Assembly (NCBI GenBank): GCA_965218435.1
Contig: CBDCKW010000009.1
Location: forward strand, 1,760,001 to 1,824,000
Direction of reading: 5' to 3'
DNA: 64,000 bases
Source of the DNA: Truepera sp.
Lineage (GTDB): Bacteria; Deinococcota; Deinococci; Deinococcales; Trueperaceae
Under the pieces are notes generated by a model. It worked only from the letters and a program-made list of their open reading frames with translations. It was not told the DNA's origin and did not search any database. How positions within the stretch are numbered: position 1 is the stretch's first letter; every line of letters begins with the position of its first letter. Below, in pieces: positions 60,052-64,000 of the stretch. The position numbers and the translations under genes were made by a program.

Positions 60052-61191
60052 ATGCAGGAGCCTACTACGTTGTCTAATCGTTACTTCGTTTGTCTCCCCG
60101 GTCAGCCCAAAACAGTTCCCTTAGATCCATTTGCATACCGTCAAGACGCGTATCCAAAATTTATCGAGATTGACTATTTAGCCAAAGCTTTTCAGGTGTT
60201 AGAGAAGTCGGGACCCAAAAATCTGACGTTTTATATAACTTGGAACGTTCACGAGCTGCCTACTTATGGCGATGATGTCGTCGTTGTCCTGATGGGCGAT
60301 GAGTGGTGCCGTTTCCCACGCTACTTAGGCAGAGTGCGAGCCGTTTTCCGTTCTCATGCCAATTGGCCGATGTATACAGGGAACCTTGCTAACGGCGTAA
60401 CTTATAGCAACGTTATCTCCGCCGTTCAGTTTTTGAGGCTGCAGCTAATCGGCCTACCCGGACGACTGGCTTATCTGGTACATAGATACTTTCAGGGGCA
60501 CGACTATCCGACAAAAACTTACGTTATTCCTCTGGGTTATGCCAACCAGTTAGACCTGCCTATTATTCCCCTTAAAGATAGAAGCACCGACGTTTCGTTT
60601 ATGGGTAGTGTAAATAATGAACTGTCCGGCAAGCTTTCCCTCAAATATTGGCTCCGCTCGCCTAAAACCGTGGCGCGAGAACAGATGTTGCAAAATGCAC
60701 GTACGCTGCAACAAAATCCCGACTTGAACGTTTATCTTCAGGGTACGGAGCAGTTCACCGGCAATCTACTTGATAGCGGACAACCGCTAGAAGATGAAAA
60801 AAATCGCTACTCGAGCAAGCTGATGGACACTAAAATCTGTCTAGTGCCGCGCGGCTCTTCGCTTGAAACCTTTCGCCTTTTCGAAGCCGTCCGTTACGGT
60901 TGTATTGTGATTTGCGGGCAACTACCTCAACGTTGGTATTACGATAGTTTACCTGCTGCACAGATTGACAACTGGAGCAACCTCGAGAAGACCGTTGACG
61001 ACTTACTCGGTAACCCAGAAAGGCTCGAGCAGCTCCATCAAAAAGCCCTGACCTACTGGCAGACAAGCTGCTCCGAAACAGTTTTAGGACGCTATATGGC
61101 CGCGCAGCTAACGCAAGCGGACAGCAGACTTTACAGTGACAAAGAAAACAGTATTTCTTCCCAGCTCGCCAGTTACCCGAAACGGCCCTGA
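60052..61191 (+). CDS. Exostosin-like (GT47-related) glycosyltransferase
   Basis: TKICLVPRGSSLETFRLFEAVRYGCIVI. Confidence 0.7.
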   Translation: MQEPTTLSNRYFVCLPGQPKTVPLDPFAYRQDAYPKFIEIDYLAKAFQVLEKSGPKNLTFYITWNVHELPTYGDDVVVVLMGDEWCRFPRYLGRVRAVFRSHANWPMYTGNLANGVTYSNVISAVQFLRLQLIGLPGRLAYLVHRYFQGHDYPTKTYVIPLGYANQLDLPIIPLKDRSTDVSFMGSVNNELSGKLSLKYWLRSPKTVAREQMLQNARTLQQNPDLNVYLQGTEQFTGNLLDSGQPLEDEKNRYSSKLMDTKICLVPRGSSLETFRLFEAVRYGCIVICGQLPQRWYYDSLPAAQIDNWSNLEKTVDDLLGNPERLEQLHQKALTYWQTSCSETVLGRYMAAQLTQADSRLYSDKENSISSQLASYPKRP

Positions 61192-61212
61192 GAACAGGTG
61201 TGATAAGAGAAT

Positions 61213-62121
61213 ATGCTTTCTAAAGTTTCAGTCATTATTCCCGCCTACAACGCGCTGCACTTTTTGCCGCAAACAGTAGAAAGTGCCTTGGCGCAGACGT
61301 GGCAAGATTTTGAACTTTTGATTGTTGATGATGGTAGCTCAGACGGCACGAGAGACTGGGTATTCCAGCAGCACGATAGCCGTATACGAATGGTCCAGAA
61401 GCCGAACGGAGGTCTGGCGGCAGCGCGTAATACTGGAATTAATACGACTCAGGGGGAATATATTGCGTTTTTAGACGCCGACGACCTCTGGGAGCCGACG
61501 AAGCTCGAGCGGCAAGTCGCGTGTTTAGACGCGCGTCCCGAGGTGGGGTTGGTGCATACCGCCATTCGCTATATTGACGAACAAGGGCGTGAGATCAACC
61601 GCGTTTTGGGCGTCCAAGGCGACGGCGCTGTTTGGAAAGAGGTCGTGGTTCATAATCCTGTACGGTGCGGCAGCACACCACTAGTTCGCCGTGAATGTTT
61701 TGAAGTGGTTGGCGTATTCGACCCGACCCTTACGTTTTCCGAAGACTGGGATATGTGGCTTCGGATTGCCTCGAGCTATCACTTTGCGACGATTAACGAG
61801 CCTCTTACCTTGTACCGGCAGCACAACACAAATATGACCAAAGGATACCAGGTCATCATGCCCAACTTAGAAAAGATTATCGAACGCGCGTTTCAAAATG
61901 CGCCAGCCGAGAGTGCCGTACTTAAGCAAGAATCATACGGTCGCGCCTACCTATTTGCTGCTTGGCGAGCATTTTTCGCTCATGATTTCAGTATGGCAAA
62001 AATGTTACAAAAGCAGGCATTTGCGGCCTGGCCCAAATTGCAGTTTGAAAAGAACAGCTTAAACCTGACGCTTAAGTTGGCTAGGGTACGTTTTTTGGAA
62101 CGAAGCACCAAGAGGGACTAA
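61213..62121 (+). CDS. GT2 glycosyltransferase
   Basis: VIIPAYN, VDDGSSD, FLDADD, EDWD. Confidence 0.95.
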   Translation: MLSKVSVIIPAYNALHFLPQTVESALAQTWQDFELLIVDDGSSDGTRDWVFQQHDSRIRMVQKPNGGLAAARNTGINTTQGEYIAFLDADDLWEPTKLERQVACLDARPEVGLVHTAIRYIDEQGREINRVLGVQGDGAVWKEVVVHNPVRCGSTPLVRRECFEVVGVFDPTLTFSEDWDMWLRIASSYHFATINEPLTLYRQHNTNMTKGYQVIMPNLEKIIERAFQNAPAESAVLKQESYGRAYLFAAWRAFFAHDFSMAKMLQKQAFAAWPKLQFEKNSLNLTLKLARVRFLERSTKRD

Positions 62122-62134
62122 GAGGGACTAGACC

Positions 62135-62971
62135 ATGCCGGAACTTTCAGCTGTCATTATGACCAAAAATGAAGCGGACAAGATCGCCCGCTGCATACGC
62201 AGCGTCACCTGGGCCGACGAGGTGCTCGTGATTGACTCGGGGAGCACCGACGCCACTGTAGAGATCGCTACGTCTTTGGGGGCGCGGGTTGTAGAGCAGC
62301 CGTGGCTCGGGTTTTCGGCGCAGCGTAACCGGGGCGCAGCGTTGGCGCACCACGACTGGATTTTTTACGCTGACGCAGATGAGATCGTCTCCTCGGAGCT
62401 AGCGGCTTCGGTAAAGGCGGTGATGGCCGGAACTCCTGACCCTAAAGACGGCTACGCGGTTGATCGCCGCGGCGACTTTTTAGGGGTGCTCTTACCCAAC
62501 GAAGCGAGGCCGAGCAAACGGCGCAACTTTATCCGGCTCTATAACCGGCGCGAGAGTGCCTACGACGAAACGATGTCGGTTCACGAAGAGGTGCGGTTTC
62601 CGGGTCAGGCGGTGCCACTAACCGGGGTACTCTTGCACTGGAACGACCTGAATATGGATGAATACTTCTCACTCTTCAACCGCTACGCGACGCTCGAGGC
62701 TAGGGCTCTAAACGACCAAGCTGCACACGTCCACGCACTTGATATTTTGCTCCGTCCAGTTTTACGATTTTTTTGGAGTTACCTCGCGCGGGGTGGGTGG
62801 CGGCTCGGAACGCGCGGGCTGATTCACGCGCAGCTCAAAGCCAGCAGCGACTTTATGCGCTACGCAAAACTTTGGGAGCTGCAAAACGTTACGCCCACCC
62901 CCGACCCGCCTCTGCCTGCTCGAGCTGCGTCCGTAGACCCGGCACCCCTACAGAGAGAACAGGGTTCGTGA
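62135..62971 (+). CDS. GT2 glycosyltransferase (WaaE/KdtX-like)
   Basis: KNEA, DSGSTD, WLGFSAQRN, DADE, VHE. Confidence 0.92.
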   Translation: MPELSAVIMTKNEADKIARCIRSVTWADEVLVIDSGSTDATVEIATSLGARVVEQPWLGFSAQRNRGAALAHHDWIFYADADEIVSSELAASVKAVMAGTPDPKDGYAVDRRGDFLGVLLPNEARPSKRRNFIRLYNRRESAYDETMSVHEEVRFPGQAVPLTGVLLHWNDLNMDEYFSLFNRYATLEARALNDQAAHVHALDILLRPVLRFFWSYLARGGWRLGTRGLIHAQLKASSDFMRYAKLWELQNVTPTPDPPLPARAASVDPAPLQREQGS

Positions 62972-64000
62972 CCCGCACCCAGCCTCTCGATGGGCTTGCC
63001 TACGCCGCGCTGCTGGCAACTGTCGGGGTCGGCGCAGCCGGTTTCGTCGGGCCACTGGCCCCCGCTGTTCAGTTTGGGTATCCGCTCGTCGCCCTGCTCG
63101 CCGCCGCCCTGCTGCTCTGGCGGCGTCCGGCGCTCTACTTGGGCTTTACCTGGTGGGTCTGGTTTTTAACCCCGGAGGTGCGCCGCTTGGTTGACTTCCG
63201 CGTCGGCTATAGCGAAACGAGCCCGGTGATGCTGACCCCTTTTTTAGTCTCGGGGCTGGCACTCTTTGCAGTGCTCGCTCGGCTTACCAACCTGCCCCGC
63301 GCCGTCCGGTTACCGTTAGCCTTTGTCACGGCTGGTCTACTCTACGCCTACGGTGTAGGCGTCCTTTATAACGGCCTGGTCACCGCGACCTTCGACCTGT
63401 TGACCTGGGGTGTACCCGTGATTGTCGGCGCTTACGTTTTGACGAACGCGCATCTCAGCGCAGCGTTTCGTGAGGTGACGCAGCGTGCGTTTATCTGGGG
63501 ACTGCTCGTGATGGGTCTTTACGCTGTCGTCCAGTATTTTTACCTACCAGCCTGGGACGCTTACTGGATGGATAACGCCGGGCTCGGTTCGATCGGCGCT
63601 TCAGAACCCCTCCAGGTACGCGTCTTTAGCACGCTCAACTCGCCGGGACCTTTTGGGGCGGTGATGATGGCGGGGTTGCTGCTCGTGTTTACCAGGGGTG
63701 GCTTAGTAACCGTGCTGGGCTCAGCGGCGGGTTTTCTCGGCTTCGCCTTGGCCGCTGTTCGTGCGAGCTGGGCGGGCTGGTTAGTCGGGTTTGTCGTCGT
63801 TGCAGCGAGCTTACCCCCGCGGCTTCGTACCCGTCTTTTAGGCACTCTGTTTCTCCTGATACTGGTCGCCTTACCGGTTTTTACCGTCGGGCCGGTGGCC
63901 GACCTGCTCTCGAGGCGGTTACAAAGTTTTACCGACTTAGGGAGTGATGTAAGCTTTAACGAACGTTTAGAGCTCTATACGAGCTTACCGGAATTTACCG
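62968..64000 (+). CDS. O-antigen ligase/Wzy-like polymerase, truncated by the window end
   Basis: GTGA overlap; read by hand: FTWWVWFLTPEVRRLVD...RVFSTLNSPGPF; multi-TM; absent from the ORF track because it has no stop in the window. Confidence 0.8.
   Translation, partial: MTRTQPLDGLAYAALLATVGVGAAGFVGPLAPAVQFGYPLVALLAAALLLWRRPALYLGFTWWVWFLTPEVRRLVDFRVGYSETSPVMLTPFLVSGLALFAVLARLTNLPRAVRLPLAFVTAGLLYAYGVGVLYNGLVTATFDLLTWGVPVIVGAYVLTNAHLSAAFREVTQRAFIWGLLVMGLYAVVQYFYLPAWDAYWMDNAGLGSIGASEPLQVRVFSTLNSPGPFGAVMMAGLLLVFTRGGLVTVLGSAAGFLGFALAAVRASWAGWLVGFVVVAASLPPRLRTRLLGTLFLLILVALPVFTVGPVADLLSRRLQSFTDLGSDVSFNERLELYTSLPEFT

Noticed and set aside
1..64000. CRISPR array, rRNA or prophage
   Set aside because: No regularly spaced repeat-spacer units, rRNA signatures or phage genes seen

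Overview
Chromosomal window of roughly 58-60% GC (estimated by eye), most likely from a Deinococcota bacterium (Truepera-like). The lineage call is an inference from gene content, leaderless TANNNT promoters and strong CTCGAG enrichment. Housekeeping content: IscA, gcvH-PA-PB, tRNA-Val(CAC), trmB, LptF/G/D-like genes, MscS, plsX, RluA, a TRAP transporter, tatAC and chorismate mutase/DAHP synthase. Accessory content: a single-chain type IIG-like R-M enzyme, an intact IS4-family (ISAba1-like) element, a nonsense-disrupted NTF2 gene and the start of a polysaccharide locus preceded by two TolC genes plus an adaptor. The standout is 6.0-14.1 kb: a DUF305 gene followed by a membrane-arm-only complex I operon (nuoA-H-J-K-L-M-N, no B/C/D/I/E/F/G). 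Its quinone-coupling residues are eroded, key antiporter Lys/Glu residues are swapped, NuoJ carries a ~100-aa His/Met-rich insert, and the promoter has a CsoR-like C/G-tract palindrome. It is a candidate redox-uncoupled, metal-responsive ion transporter derived from complex I. All calls are from motif recognition by eye; no searches were run.
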